DNA of 63,961 nucleotides, counting the filler, from Octopus bimaculoides (lineage: Eukaryota): the NCBI RefSeq assembly GCF_001194135.2. It is 8 parts of 8 records of this genome, joined end to end, with 100 filler letters (N's around TTAATTAATTAA, not from the genome) between each part and the next. Parts side by side here need not be neighbours in the genome. Positions count along the whole stretch, not along the records: positions 1 to 28,965 come from NC_069009.1; 7 more parts are not named here. One strand, written 5' to 3'. The position numbers were made by a program, and so were the translations under genes. The notes under the pieces were generated by a model. The model searched no databases. It was not told the DNA's origin and saw nothing but the letters and a program-made list of their open reading frames with translations. This document shows positions 1-13,369 of this stretch, piece by piece. Position 1 is the first letter of the stretch; the number at the start of each line of letters is the position of its first letter.

Positions 1-905
1 AATTGATTATGGTGCTGCTACACCAGTCATTGAGTATGGCTCCTTCGTGTATCACCTGGTTAACAATATGGGTGACTAGGCTATAGCCGACACTGCCAGA
101 TATTTTGAGCATCTCTGTGGTGATTCCTGATGGGCTGGGGGCTTTCCTTGTCTTCATACCCTTAATTGCTTTATCTACCAAAGTACTGTCAATTCGGATA
201 GCTGGTCTCTCTGTTGGGTCGATATTCGGCAGACTCTCTTTCTCCCATTCATTCTCTTTATTGAGCAACCTTTCATAGTGACATCTCTAAACCTATCTCT
301 TTGCAGCCTCATTTAATGCAAGTGAATCATCATCCCTGCGCACACATTTCTCTCCTATAACATCACGATTCTCTCTCTCACACACTGTCTTGCAACACGA
401 AATACCTCAAATCTTTGGTCCTCACACAGCAGAACATTGGCAAATTTTTTCTCATCTGCTTCCCCTTTGGCTAAATAAACCTGTCTCCTAGATTCCCTTC
501 CGGTAGTCTGATATAATTCCTTGCTACCACTGTCCTTCCAGTCCTTCCAAGCCTGTTTCTTTTGTCTAATAGCCCTGTCAATAACATTGTTCCACCACCA
601 CGTTATTTTCGGTCGAGAGGGGACTTTGCACCATCCACAGATCTGGTCAGTGGCCCTCAGCAGGTTGTCCTGTAGAAACAACCAGCTGTCTTCTACATTG
701 TGTGAAGCTATATCCCCCTCTATTTCGTCAAAGGCTTTGAGTAATAAGTCTCTAAATCTCTGTCCATTCGCAGAATCTTTGAGCTTCCAGACCCTTCTCC
801 TCCATGCTGGTCATCTTCTGGGCATCCATTTAGTCCTGATCCTGAAGTCACTAACTACGAGTCTATGTTGTGGGGTACATTCTTCGCCTGGAAAGGTTAA
901 ATTCT
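1..905 (-). mobile_element. RTE-clade LINE ORF2 fragment (end of APE endonuclease, linker, start of RT), decayed
   Basis: Minus-strand translation runs ...EECTPQHRLVVSDFRI...ITWWWNNVIDRAIRQKKQAWKDWK...MKTRKAPSPSGITTEMLKISG, the typical APE C-terminus/linker/RT domain-0 order. At least one in-frame stop. Same family as 22900-24700. Confidence 0.9.
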
Positions 906-1828
906 TTGTCTGTCTGTTCCCAATGCATTCTCAAATGGCTTCACCAAATCAAATCAAATTTTACAAGGTAAAAGTTTCTGCATTAGGTATGCTATTCAGC
1001 ACACACACACACATCTACACTCACATATACATATGTGATGACTGACAAGCGTGAATGTGTGTGTCTGTGTGTCTCTCTTACTATATATAGTATTTACACC
1101 CCACAACTCAACATGTCATCTTTTACATTTCAATTAAAACAATATAACATTTCATATACATAATCTTTTTATAGTCAACTATAGTACAAGACATTTTATA
1201 TGAGTGTGTATATGCCTGTGTGTGTGTTTGTGCGTTTGATACATACGTGATAGTAAAGGACACATATATGTGTCTGTGAGTATATGTGTGTGGGTGTATG
1301 AGCATGTATGTCTCGCTGACTGTGTGTGTGTTTCCACGTTAGGTACGTTATTAAATATATACACACATCTACACATACATATACACGTTACGACTGACAT
1401 GTGTGAATGTATGTCTGTATGCATCTCTTTTACTATGTGCATGTGATTGTATGTGAGAGTGTATGTGTGTGTAGCGTCACATTTAGTATATGAATGTGTA
1501 TGTGTCTGTGAGTGTGTGTGTATTTGTGTGCCCATTACATACATTATTAAACACATACATACATCTACACATACATATACATATGTGACGAGAACGGCTG
1601 CAGGTGAAACTCTTGACAAAAATCAATTAAGTGGCAGGTCCAAGGTATATAAAAATACACATCTACCATTCAATTAACAGTTCATAATTATCGCAGCAGT
1701 GGCAAAAATATAGACATACTACATACAAAGTACTGCTTACAGATCTATAGACATACTACATAGAACTGCTTGCAAAAATAGATATTAATGTATATGTTCA
1801 TAACTTTTGTTTAAGATATTGAAAAAAT

Positions 1829-2325
1829 ATGCCGCCAAAGAAAAAACGTAATCTCTCCAAAGACACCTATAAAACAAGGAGGAACGCAGAAAACCGAAGG
1901 TGAGAGTCTCAAGTGATAAGAGACATGAGACTTTCTCAAGATCTGCAAAGGCATGCTGCAACATGTCAGATGGAGTCTCAATACAGAAGAGGCATGACAC
2001 TTTCCAAAGATTGCCAAATGCATGCTGCAGCACGTCAAATACGGTCTCAACAGGGAAGAGAGAGGAGACTTTCTAAACATCAGCAAAGGCATGCTGCAGC
2101 ACGTCTGATGGAGTCTCAAGAGAGAAGGGAGATGAGACTTTCCCAAGATCAGTTAAGGCATGCTGCAGCAGTTAATGCTGAATCATTAAAACAATGTTTA
2201 GCATGCCAGATTACACAGAAGTTCTATAGAATAGCTCTCAGAAACAGGCCATGTACAAATTTGTTCTTCACAACACCTGGAGCTGCTCTCAGATATGATC
2301 CATCTCATTCTTATAAAAATGAGAG
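1829..2325 (+). mobile_element. Helitron RepHel 5' remnant: basic N-terminus, four 23-aa (STPR-like) repeats, start of Rep-associated region
   Basis: ATG at 1829 gives MPPKKKRNLSKDTYKTRRNAENRR*ESQ..., then four 69-bp units (1904, 1973, 2042, 2111) encoding ESQ..R.MRLS.D..RHAA.R.., then AALRYDPSHSY, resembling the AF.YDP..DY motif that follows such repeats in animal Helitron RepHel proteins. One in-frame TGA. Truncated at a GA/GT microsatellite. Confidence 0.7.
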
Positions 2326-2387
2326 AGAGAGAGTGAGTGAGTGATGAAGTTTACCCAAACTTTCAATGGTATAGCAATATATTATAT

Positions 2388-2658
2388 ATCATCATCATCA
2401 TCATATCATTTAATGTCTGCTTTCCATGCTGGCATGGGTTGGATGGTTTGACTGAGGATTGGCAAGCCAGGAAGCTGCACCAAGCTCCAATCTGTTCTGG
2501 CAAACTGGATGCCCTTCCTAATGTCAACCACTCCAAGAGTGGAGTGGGTGCTTTTTATGTGCCACCAGCATGAGGGCCAGTCAAGCAGTACTGGCATCGA
2601 CCACACCCGAATGTTGCTTTAAAAAGCACCCACTACACTCTCAGAGTGGTTGGCATTA
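2388..2658 (-). mobile_element. 3' end/UTR of RTE LINE (5'-truncated copy) with (GAT)n tail
   Basis: (CAT)n followed by tttaatgtctgctttccatgctggcatgggttgga...ggatgcccttcc; the same sequence is attached to RTE coding sequence at 16960-17830. Confidence 0.85.
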
Positions 2659-2744
2659 ATGTAAAGTTACTCCCTATAAATTGCTCTCACAAGAAATAAT
2701 TATGCAACATAACTGTCTGACTCTCTTGAACAAAAACAAAAATT

Positions 2745-2897
2745 CGACCTCTGTACGCAACTGGTACGTAATTTATTGACCCCGAAAGGATGAAAGGCAA
2801 AGTCGACCTCGGCAGAATTTGAACTCAGAATGTAAAGACAGATGAAATACCACTAAGCATTTTGCCCAGCGTGCTAACGTTTCTGCCAGCTTGCTGC
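2745..2897 (-). mobile_element. tRNA-derived SINE, family A
   Basis: Minus strand carries an A-box-like tggcagaaacgttag, B-box gagttcaaattc and core gactttgcctttcatcctttcggggtc; more than 10 copies in the window. Confidence 0.85.
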
Positions 2898-3711
2898 TTT
2901 TGCCCTTAATGATATTGCAACATAGAGGTAGTTGTATATAAAGCAGAGGTAACATCAAAGGACCCCAGTGGACAGTCAGACATGCAGAAGGTTATTTCAG
3001 AACCAGATTTAACAACAAATCCTCTTTTAATATCCAAAAGTGACAAAAATATCACAGCCCTGACTGAGCATGTATGAAGGAAAAGCACCATGGATTACAA
3101 TTTAAGTACAAAATCTTAGAGAATTGCAAGCCTTATTTTAATGGCAGCCTAAAGTGCTATATATATGTTTCTCTACCTGCTTAAACTGCAGAAATGAGAT
3201 TTTCAGCCTGTGCCCACACGAGAGAAGGTACATGTTGGCTTACCTACAGACCTTACCATAATTATGAACGCTAGGACTGCCCAGCAAGATTTTGACCAAA
3301 CCATATACACATGAACAAAAATATACATATGCATCCAAACACAGGGTTAAAGATTTGGGTGCTTCCTTATTCTCCTTCTGCATCCCCTACACAAATACCA
3401 ACCCTTTTATCCCCTACATATATTTATCCACCAGGCTTTTGCTATATCACAACTCACTTATTTTCTTTTTTTGTGGGACCTAGGAAGATAACTCTGAACA
3501 ATCCCTCACATAATTGTCTCCGCTTCTTCGTTTCTTCCTTTTTACAGTAACTGAAAGTGGTGACACTTCTTCACTGCCAGTAACAGAGAGCAGTTGCCAT
3601 ATTGTTTCCATCCCTGCCATCCCTGTACATGTATGAGACAACCATATCATTACCTAACATCTGATTGGAAAGATTGGCTGCAATGGATCTATAATATGTA
3701 TACTTTGATTA

Positions 3712-3749
<38 letters not shown>

Positions 3750-4208
3750 TTCAAGAAAGATTGCAAAATATTCTTTATAACAATTCTGTTACTGCAGTGT
3801 CATGATATGAACGGGACACCCTTTGTTTTCAGATCTAATAATACAAACTTACAAACAAAGACTACATCAAGTTGAAGTCTCATTGTTGAGAAATAATCTA
3901 AAGAATGTCTGTTTGTCTTTGAGCCATAGTTATGCCGGTGTACAATAGTAAGCTTTAGCATGACAGTTGCACAATGCAAACTCTGTGACAATAGCCAACA
4001 TAGTCTGAATATCTTTGCTGTTTGTATAATAAATTTAATACTGTGTTCCATTTCTCCTTCTTTCTCAGGACAGTCCAGGAACTGGTCATACTGGACACCA
4101 ACCAAAATTTTGAATTCGAGAGTGGTGGAAACTAACTCTGGTGAGGAATCCATTCCAGGTACTGTCAACTGTAGGTATTTCAAGTCCTGTAGTCATGATT
4201 GAGGTCAC

Positions 4209-4545
4209 TTCTTCTTCTTCTTCTCCTTCTTCTTCTTCTTCTTCTTCTTCTCCTTCTTCTTCTTCTTCTCCTTCTTCTTCTTCTTCATTTTCTTCTTCTT
4301 CTTCTTCTTCTTCTTCTTCTTCTTCTTCTTCACTTTCTCCTTCTTCTTCTTCTTCTTCTTCTTCTTCTTCTTCTNNNNNNNNNNNNNNNNNNNNNNNNNN
4401 NNNNNNNNNNNNNNNNNNNNNNNNNNNNNNNNNNNNNNNNNNNNNNNNNNNNNNNNNNNNNNNNNNNNNNNNNNNNNNNNNNNNNNNNNNNCTCCTTCTC
4501 CTTCCCCTTCTTCTTCTCCTTCTCCTTCTTCTTCTTCTTCTTCTG
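4209..4545. repeat. (TTC)n/(CTT)n microsatellite spanning an assembly gap
   Basis: Direct inspection; source of the poly-S/L/K/E ORFs. Confidence 0.95.
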
Positions 4546-4559
4546 CTGGATGACAGACT

Positions 4560-5950
4560 CTGGTGATGATGTTATTCAACGCTTTCTAATCAATGGTTTT
4601 GGTCTAAGCATGTTTGAGGGTGAGGCACTGAAACTTCAGGTCCTGCTCAGTTTGCTTCACCCAGGTCTACACTGGATTCTCCCAGTGTGTGGGTCGCTGG
4701 TACCACAAATCAAGAAGTCTGTCAGAGGATGAAATCGGAAAGGGAAGAATACTGGAATAAGATGGTATCCGATCTTGAGGAAGCCACATCCAAGCATTTA
4801 CTGGCCAAATGAAAAGACCAAGTCAGCTGATGGAAACATCAGGAAAGCTGATGGCCTGTTTGTATGGTTGCTGGATGAGTGCCTTCAGTTTTGGGGAGGA
4901 ACTCTTTCTTTTGATTTCTTGATGATAGAAGTCACTACCCACTACCCGAAGAGGAAGTCATCAAGGCCAAAGTCATCATTGCACCAGAAAGGAGCTCAAA
5001 GCTGCTGCAAGTGACATGGAATAACTCTGTTGTCTGTCTAAGTGTTCTCCATTGTCCTCCTTATCCATCTGAAAATAATGGTTAATGGACATTTACAAAA
5101 AGAACAGGAGTCATCCAGGAGTGGATGACCATGCAGTGAACATCAGTTCATGTTACATTTGTAGGGATTTGAATCCCAACTGCAAAATTATCAGTTCACG
5201 ATCGTGAGTAAGCTATAATTGGATCATATGAGTTTCATGTGATCAACCTAAAAATCAACCAATGAGCTTGAAGCTATGCCATGAACAGCGTTTAGAATGT
5301 TTTTGAGATTCGTGCCCTTTCTCCTTAGTTAAGCAGTTTGGCACTGAAATCACAGCAGAGTGATGTTGGCATTTAAGGAAGACAGATCTTTGTTCTTACA
5401 TGACAGACTAAAGAAAAAAAACCAAAATTTGTGGCAGTCTCATATCTTTTGTCTTTCATTTTCTAGAGAGAAATTGGCCAAACAAATGCAGTTCAGTCAA
5501 TTCCTAGATACTATTCTTGTAACCAGTGAAGATTTAATAATTTATATATATGTACATTCTCTTAATAAAATCTGTTCAAGCTGATCTTACATTAAAATAC
5601 TCAACATGAATCTTTCTCGTGACAACTTAACATTGTAAGACATATAAAAAAAAAAAGACCAGCAGAATCCATAGAACAGTAAATGCTTTCCACTGGCATT
5701 GCCCTCGGACCATACTGAGAATTTCCTGATGTAACCACATCTAGAATAAAGAAGTTGCAGAAAGGGCTGGGTTGAGTATTCTCTGGGATATCATTACTGT
5801 GAGATGGTAGAATATGTTTGGCAATGGGATACGCAAGATCATGAAGAGAACAGGGCAGCTTCTCTTCAGGGAAAGCAAGAGGAAGAGATAAGGTAGACAT
5901 GTGAAAACAAAGTCGAAAACTATGTCTGAGGACCTAGCAGAAATGGTCTT
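4560..5950 (+). mobile_element. Heavily decayed RTE-like LINE ORF2 fragments
   Basis: Broken frames resemble the RTE linker (KKSVR...EEYWNKMVSDLEEA) and C-terminal region (PDVTTSRIKKLQ...WDTQ...RGR); many stops and frameshifts. Confidence 0.5.
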
Positions 5951-6299
5951 GTTTTAGGAAAAGACTCATGAAGGGTCATCACAACAGCATTATAGATGTG
6001 TAACTGATTATGTTAAGATTGAATTATTTAATCTTCATGAGACAGTGTAACATGCACCATAAAAATCAACAGAAAGAAAAACGTTATTACTTACAGATTT
6101 TATTTTCCTGTGAATTTGACTTTACGGCTGATAAAAGGCTGAAGTAGTTGGCTGTTTTACAGGGTGAGAGCAAATAACAATGACAAAACTTGTGCACCTT
6201 TGGTAAGAACTGCATCTGTGCAGATGTTAGGAAGAGGATGTTTGCTAGAAATAGAAAGATGTGTGGAACCTGAAAGTGAAAATGACTGTCCCCTAATAT

Positions 6300-9200
6300 T
6301 CTGAGAGGGTTTGTATTTATACATGTTACAAAGATGAATGAACATTGAACAAGTCATAACAAACTTCCATTGATATTTCTTCTCTTTCTTCAGTATGTCT
6401 AATCTTCAACTGGTTCTAATGTTGCTCGTGCTCTCCTATTTAACCTTTTATTATGTACATCTTACTGCTAATTCTTTTTGTCACTCTACCATCCTCCCAA
6501 CCTTGTCTCCCATTCTTATATATTTTGAAATGAACATTAAAGTACTTTGTTGTGTTTCTTAGGTTTTCCCTATAAGTTCTTTTGTAGATAACAATTTATC
6601 AAAAATTGATTTTATCTTCCAAGCAAACATTAGCTCTGAGGGCAACTTGCCTGAATAGGTGTTCAGGTTAGGTGTTATCCTGTAAATCATTAAGAATTAA
6701 GGTAGAGCTGCATCCTTGCCTAATTCATTTCCTGATTTTTTTAGTGCTTGCTTAAATGCGTCTACAAACCTTTCTGCTTGTCCATTTGATCTCGGGTGGT
6801 ATGGCGGAGTAGAGATGTGATTTACTGCATAACTCTTACAAAAATTCTGAGTTCTGTTATCTGATACTATGGTGTCCGGGACACCGCATCACATAAAAAG
6901 TTCATGAAGGAAACTTGTTACTTTTGAGGTTGGTTGATTGCATTGAATTATCTCCGGTCACTTGGTATAACTGTCTACTATGATCAGATAATACACACCG
7001 TTTACTTGTCCAGTAAAATCTATATGTAACCTGGACCACAGATTGTCTGTCTTAGGCAACAATTGGAATTTCACTTGTAGTGACTTTACTGCGAGAGCAC
7101 AAACTCTGCAGGATTTCATCAATTGTTCAATAGCACAGTCCATAGTAGGCCACTACACATAACTCCTCATTACTGATTTCATCCTTGAAATCCCTGGGTG
7201 GTCCATATGAAATTCACTTAATACACGGCTGCCTCTACAACTCTTTGTGCATACATCAACACATCATCACACAGAGAAAAATGGTTTGCATTTGCGTTAT
7301 GTATGTTCTTATTTTCTTTTACCTTCAATGTTTCTTTCATCTTTGCAATGAATTTGTCTTTCTCCAATTTTAATTTTATATCTTGAACAGTTACTGGCAG
7401 CTCCCAAATGACGTTACACAAAATGTTTTTTTATCTCATTTTCTGCTCACAATGTGGCAATCACAGTATCTCTGAATAGTTCTGTCCATTTTGGAATTAG
7501 CCTTGATAAACAATCCACAGGGTCTAACCTCTTGGGTGGTATTCATCTTAAAGTTGTAGTTCAACAATATTGTACTCCAGCATTGTAACCTATTTGCAGT
7601 ATGGATAGTAATTCCTTTCTTTGACCCCAAAATTAATGATAAGGGTTGGTGATCAGTTTGTAGCCAAAAACTTCTACCTTGCAAAAATCTGTGAAATTTC
7701 TTCATGGCAAAAAATGAGCTTCTTTTTCTGTTTGACCATAGTTTTTCTCTACCACTATCAGGAAACATGAGGCATGAACCACCGCCTTCATATCACTGTT
7801 TTTTTTATATTTGTGCAGCATTATTGTTCCTATGCTGTATTCAGTGACAAATCCGTTATTAATATTGTTTTAATGTCATCAAATGCCTTTTGACAATTAT
7901 TTGATCAATTCAATTTCACATACTTTTTTTTTAGCAAATTCATGCATATTTGGTATATAATTTTGATAATAATTTACTAGACCTAGCAAAGCTTGTAAGG
8001 TCATTATATTAGTCAGAGGTGGCATATTTTTAATCACATCTGTCCTCAACGGGTCCCGTTGTCATCCATTCCTGTCCATAATTTGTCTTAAATACTTAAT
8101 TTTAGGTAAGAAAAATTCACATTTTTCCTCACTCAGTGTGAAACCATAATCTCTTAACTTTTCAAAAACACATGCTTGACATGCTGATTACGAGAGTCAC
8201 TTTTAATGAACATATCATCAAGGTATTGCTGGTGTGACCTTTAGACCAAATGGTAATCTGTTATATTTATATAGTCCTTTATGCATATTCACTGTTAAGT
8301 ATTTTGAGCATTCCTCATCTACTCTAATTTGTAGGTACGCGTCAAAGAGATTCAGTTTCGAAAATATCTTGCCCCCCCCCCCTCCATTTAAATTCACAAG
8401 AATATTATCCAGAGTAGGTAATGGATACTGACATGTTTTCAGACATTCGTTGAAGCCAGTGGAAAAATTGGCACACACCCTGATTTTACCATTCTTATTT
8501 TTAATACAGACTGTTGAAGCTGCCCATTTTGCATATTCCACTTTTTGGATAACTCCAGTTTTCTCTAATCTGTCAAATTCTTCATTGACATGTTTTATCG
8601 TAGCAAAGGTTTCATTCTTTTCGGTTTGAACACTGGTATTGCATTTCCCCTAATTTGGAAACATGCCTCAGACTTAGAACACAAACGTAATTTATCCGAC
8701 AACACTTCAGGAAAAGTATTTTTTTATTTGTTCTTCAATTTATCTGACACCTTATTCTTACTGGAGGAAGAATCATTAACAGATTTATGGGGAGATCCAT
8801 CCAGTCAGTACCAAAGAACTTTGTTGCATTTTTTTAACACAAACATCTTTGCTTTACAGGTCTTACCCTGAAATCTAATGCTGCTTACCGTTTTGCTTAC
8901 GAAGTGTCATCTTTCACCTGCGATGCCTCGTCCACTTTTCGATGTTTTCTTTAATGTAAGTTTCCCAATTTTCTTCCATGTGTCAGTATCAATAATTGTA
9001 ATGTTGCTACCTGCATCTAGTTATAGTTTCATGTTTGTGTCGTTTATTTTTACATACACATACTTTCTTTTTGGGTGTCATCATGATTTTTCCATTGAGA
9101 AAACCTTTTTAGAAGGATTTTTTTTCCAACCTTTTTTGTTTCACTATACAGTGTGTCCTATTTTTTGACAACTAAAACATTTCTGAGTTCTAAATGGACA

Positions 9201-10171
9201 GTCTTTCTTAAAATGCAGACCTCTACATCCATAGCATGGATTTGGTCGTAACGTTCTTTTTTGTTTATTTATTCTCAGTTGACATGTACTTGAGAGAAAG
9301 TTTTTCTTCAATTTTCTTTATGTCCAGTCACAAGTTGACATTTCTCAGCTACTGTCTGCAGGGTTAAATTCTGGTCCTTCTGCTGTAGTTTTGTAAGCAT
9401 CTGTGCACATATTTCTGCATCTTTGTTTACCATCAAACTTTGCACAAAGATGAGGCTTTTAAATATAACTGGAGATAGTTTATTCAATTTAAACTTTTCA
9501 CACATTTTATTTATGATTCCGGTATAACTGACAAAATATTTATCCTCTTCTTTTACTAAATTCAATCACTCCCAGTGAGTGTTAAACAGGGAATTCTTAT
9601 TGCTGAACATTTTGGATAGCTATTCAGTTGTTTCCTTGAAACAAATTTTACTTGTTTCTTTTTTTGGCAAGATAAAATTGCAGTATTTTTCATGTTCTAA
9701 AGGATCTAGTTTTGGCAACTGTAGTCTCACTTTTTCATCGTCTGTTCAACACTTTCATTCTTCCTTGAAGAGTTCTTCATATCTTCTGAAGTACGCTGGA
9801 AAAGTTATACCGTCTTTTGGGTTATAACTAAATTCAAGTATAGCATTCGTCACGCTGTCTGGCAAAAACAAACTTGCAGTGTTTCCCAACTTCAACATCA
9901 GTTCCAGCAACTGATTGTGTTGTAGTTGTTGGTGGAACTTCTGTTGCTGCTGTTTCTGTTGCTTTTGCAACTGTAATTTGTCAGCAAATAGGTCTTCCAT
10001 AAATAACGAATTTTTTTGTATCATAAAACATTGTCAATGACTAATGTAAGCTTTAAATCACTTGCTGCCACTTTTGTAACGTGGTTTCTGTATATGTGCT
10101 TTTAGTTTGTGCACTAATACAGTTTGATATATAAGTACCCCGGAACAGGGTGGACACCAACGGTCACCACT
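6300..10171 (-). mobile_element. Ty3/Gypsy LTR retrotransposon internal region (gag-PR-RT-RH-IN), pseudogenised
   Basis: Ordered minus-strand motifs: gag (EFSYNPKDGITFPAYFRRYEELF, ~9770-9850), two CCHC-like knuckles (~9150-9240), protease LDAGSNITIID (~9000), RT (YPLPTLDNIL...YNRLPFGL, 8218-8541), RNase H (FAMKKFHRFLQGRSFWLQTDHQPL), integrase (RLHIDFTG...IVDSYTK; TPPYHPRSNGQAERFVD) and IN C-terminus to ~6350. PR-RT-RH-IN is the Gypsy order. Confidence 0.95.
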
Positions 10172-10375
10172 TGATGTATTCCCAAATACTCTGCCAACAA
10201 TTGTAACCAATGCAAAACAACTCTTAATGAACTTTAACAACTTCTCAACAATTTCCTGCAACTTCAGGAACTCATGAACGACTCCTTTTGACTTCCTGTG
10301 ATTTCTCATCTCCCACTCTCAGTCAGACATGCTAGTCCATTCTCACAGGGGGGTGTCATGATCCTCTCTATAACA
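10172..10375 (-). mobile_element. 5' LTR of the Gypsy element (about 204 bp) followed by PBS
   Basis: Minus strand begins TGTTATAG and ends ...AATACATCA, immediately followed by AG-TGGTGACC (PBS-like). No matching 3' LTR seen near 6000-6300. Confidence 0.7.
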
Positions 10376-10769
10376 TAAATGATAGACAGGTCAACTGTCT
10401 AAGTGCAAATGCTGAGAACAATAAAAAGGATCTGGTAGAAAAATCTAGGCTAGGGTTTTGATTCCTGGCAAAGAACAGGCTTTCAAAAACATTTCGTATG
10501 CCCAGAAAATTGACTATATAACTGTAAAGGTATGTTAAAAAGGTTCATTTTCAACCAGATATCGATATCGATCTTCCAGATCGTCACTATTTGGAAGATA
10601 TAGAAAATATTTTTCTTCAAAATGTTGGATCCATTTCTGTCATGCATGTCACACCAAGTAAACAAGAATTGGAGCCACAGACATTATTGTCCTGCAAACT
10701 CATTAACATCTTTAAAAGATAATTTCAAGGTCAATGTAAATAAGAACACCACAGCTGACAACCAGTGTT

Positions 10770-10938
10770 GGTCTGTTGTTTCCATTCTTGTAACTTAGTG
10801 GTTCAACAAAAGGGAATGACACGATTAGTACTAAAGCTTTTAAAAAATGCTCTTAAGTAGATTCAGTCAAACACAAATAAGGCAGTGCCCCAGCATGGCT
10901 GCAATCCAATGACTGAAACAGGTAAAAGATAAAAGACA
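10770..10938 (+). mobile_element. SINE family C body/tail, diverged
   Basis: gacaaccagtgttgg...gtaacttagtggttc...ccccagcatggctgc...atgactgaaacaggtaaaaga matches the multicopy repeat at 20590-20764. Confidence 0.75.
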
Positions 10939-11393
10939 ATCTATGCATTGTTCTCATTAATGATTTTGCTCAATCTTACATGGTGGTCATTACTGGAATG
11001 CCTTCTGTCATAATTCTGTTGGTTTAGGTTTGACCTAAAACTAGCAACATAACAAGAAGAAGCACAACCAAAAACCACCACCACCACCACCACCACCACC
11101 ACCACCACTACATGTATGTGTATCTTGATTGACCTGGAAACTTAATTTATGGAGGGACAAGACTCCACTTCACTGTTTTAGTCTATCATTGTCATACCAT
11201 TAAATGTCTATTATCCTTACTGTCCTGTCCACTTATCCTATCTACTGTGACCTCTCTCTCTTTCTCTCTCTCATTTCATGCCTTCCTTCTTTCTGTCTAA
11301 GCAACTCTTTCTATCTACCTACCTACATAAATGCTAACGTGTCTGTCTGTCTATTCCTCTATCTACCTATCTCTCTACATACACGAAACCCCA

Positions 11394-11427
<34 letters not shown>

Positions 11428-12246
11428 CACCTTCCCATCTGTCTGTCTATTTGACTTTATATTTACCAATCTATCTAAATAACTATCAATCCATCTATCT
11501 TTTTCTCTAGCTATTTCATTATCCCTATTTTAAATATCTATACTAATCCACCTGTCTAGTTTACCGAGCAAGCTCTGTACCCTTCTATCTACCTAACCAT
11601 CTGTCTCTATCACCCCATCCATCTATACTGGTAATATATCTATGCTTCAATATCATTTTGATATCCTGTTATTTTGTTATCATTTTCATTATATATATAT
11701 ATATATAAAACAAAAGAGGGGGTGGTGTTTCTATGCAAGAAAAAATACAGGAAAATGTGTTGTTGAAAATGCACCTAAATTTCAAAAACTCGTAAATATT
11801 TAAAATACGTTTATTTACATATATACCAAATGAGTTTCAACAATATATTTTGTTCATCAATGGCAAAAGTTTAAAATTAGAAAAACATCTTTAAAAGTTT
11901 CAATGTTGACAAATTAAATTGTTTCAATGTTGATAAATTAACATGTTCAAAACTGAAGGTGTAAGTTTGAATGTTCATTGCAGTCAATAAAATAAAAACT
12001 GTATATCAATTTGTTTGAATGTACAAAGTTCATTAATGTTAGTGGTGATTGACAAGTCATACTGAAAAATACAAGGGAGAAATGAAAATAGTAAAAAAAG
12101 GTGGATAATTGTTACTAAAGTTTAAAAAAAAAATTTTTTTTGTTGTTCTTGGTTGTTTTTTTGTGTTGAAATTGAGTCATTTTTCTTTTCTTTTTACTGC
12201 TTTTCTTCTTTCTAAAGGATATTCAGCTTTGGTTTATACTTTTTAA

Positions 12247-12545
12247 TCAGTCTTGTTTCGATGGGGTTTTTCCCTCTTTCTCAAAGGCTGTCATTACTTT
12301 CGAGACAGTACTTCTTGATACACCAAACATTTCAGCTGTTTTCTTTATGCTGGCGCCTGCTATATGAGCACCAACAATTTGACCTCTTTGAAAGTCTGAT
12401 AGATCAGTCATTTTAATGAATTTTAATTACCTTTTTCTGATGATATCTGCAAAGAAACAGCAATTTTAGCAAAACATATTAAGCAACACTAATAATAAAT
12501 CAGAAAACATAGAAATAAACAAGCTTTTGACGGTTTTATAGATGC
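12247..12545 (-). mobile_element. Tc1-type transposase N-terminal HTH fragment plus upstream subterminal sequence
   Basis: 12411-12247 translates MTDLSDFQRGQIVGAHIAGASIKKTAEMFGVSRSTVSKVMTAFEKEGKTPSKQD*. 12480-12540 is the reverse complement of the internal part of the MITE at 29117-29280. Confidence 0.85.
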
Positions 12546-12799
12546 AAACTAAAAAAATGAAACATCTTACTGAACCTAATAATATTTTTCTAACAAATCC
12601 TACCAATTCCTATTGAGGAGGCCAAAAGTCAACAATGTGTTGAAGTAGTGAATCAAAAGGATCTAACTCTTTTTAATCCAATCTCTTGTTGCCACATAAA
12701 CTCAACTTTTTAGTGGGGAGATAACCCAGTTTTTAATGGCAATTTTTTAATGGGGGTGAGATAACCAAAAAGTGCCAAAAGACCAATTGAAAAAGTAGG

Positions 12800-13160
12800 A
12801 AAAAAATAAGTACTGGGACTGATTCATTCAATTAAAAATTCTCCAAGGCACTGCCCCAGCATGGCCATAGTCTAATGCCAGAAACAAGTAAAAGATAAAC
12901 GATATATGTGTTTGTGTGTGTGTTTATGCGTCTTTGTGTCCGTGCTTGTCCCCGACCACTACTTGTCAACTGGTGTTGGTGTGTTTATGTTCCAGTAACT
13001 TAGCAGTTCAGTAAAAGGACCTGATAAAATAAGTATCAGGCTTAAAAAAAAAAAAAGGGGGAAATAAGTACTAGGATCAATTCATTCAACTAATAGTTCT
13101 TCAGGGCGGTGCTCCAGCATGACCACAGTCTAATGACTAAAACAAGTAAAAGATAAAAGA
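12800..13160 (+). mobile_element. Two adjacent SINE family C copies
   Basis: Two occurrences of aagtactgggact/aagtactaggatc...cttcaaggc..tgc.ccagcatg.cc..agtctaatg...aaacaagtaaaagataaa. Confidence 0.75.
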
Positions 13161-13369
13161 GAGGAAGGAATTCAACAGTGAAGAGATAAGACACACAGGG
13201 ACAACGCAAGGAAAAAAAAAAACAGTGAGTACCCAGGGTACTATGTAGGCCAACATTAACCGACAGATGGGAGGGGGAGCAATTGTATTGATAAGAAACA
13301 TTCACACACACATGCACAGACACACACAAATGCTTATAAATAGGAACAAATACATATGTATATGTATAT

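Noticed and set aside
1904-2179. 69-bp tandem units as a CRISPR-like or satellite array
   Set aside because: No repeat-spacer alternation; the units preserve a reading frame and fit a protein repeat.
3550-3640. Possible small plus-strand exons (3550-3635, 4070-4142, 6166-6205)
   Set aside because: Splice-like motifs exist, but the peptides are unrecognisable and cannot be linked; indistinguishable from chance in AT-rich DNA.
4141-4732. Poly-Ser/Leu/Lys/Glu ORFs
   Set aside because: (TTC)n microsatellite plus gap.
6000-6300. 3' LTR of the Gypsy element at 6300-10375
   Set aside because: No copy of the 10172-10375 LTR could be found; the element appears 3'-truncated.
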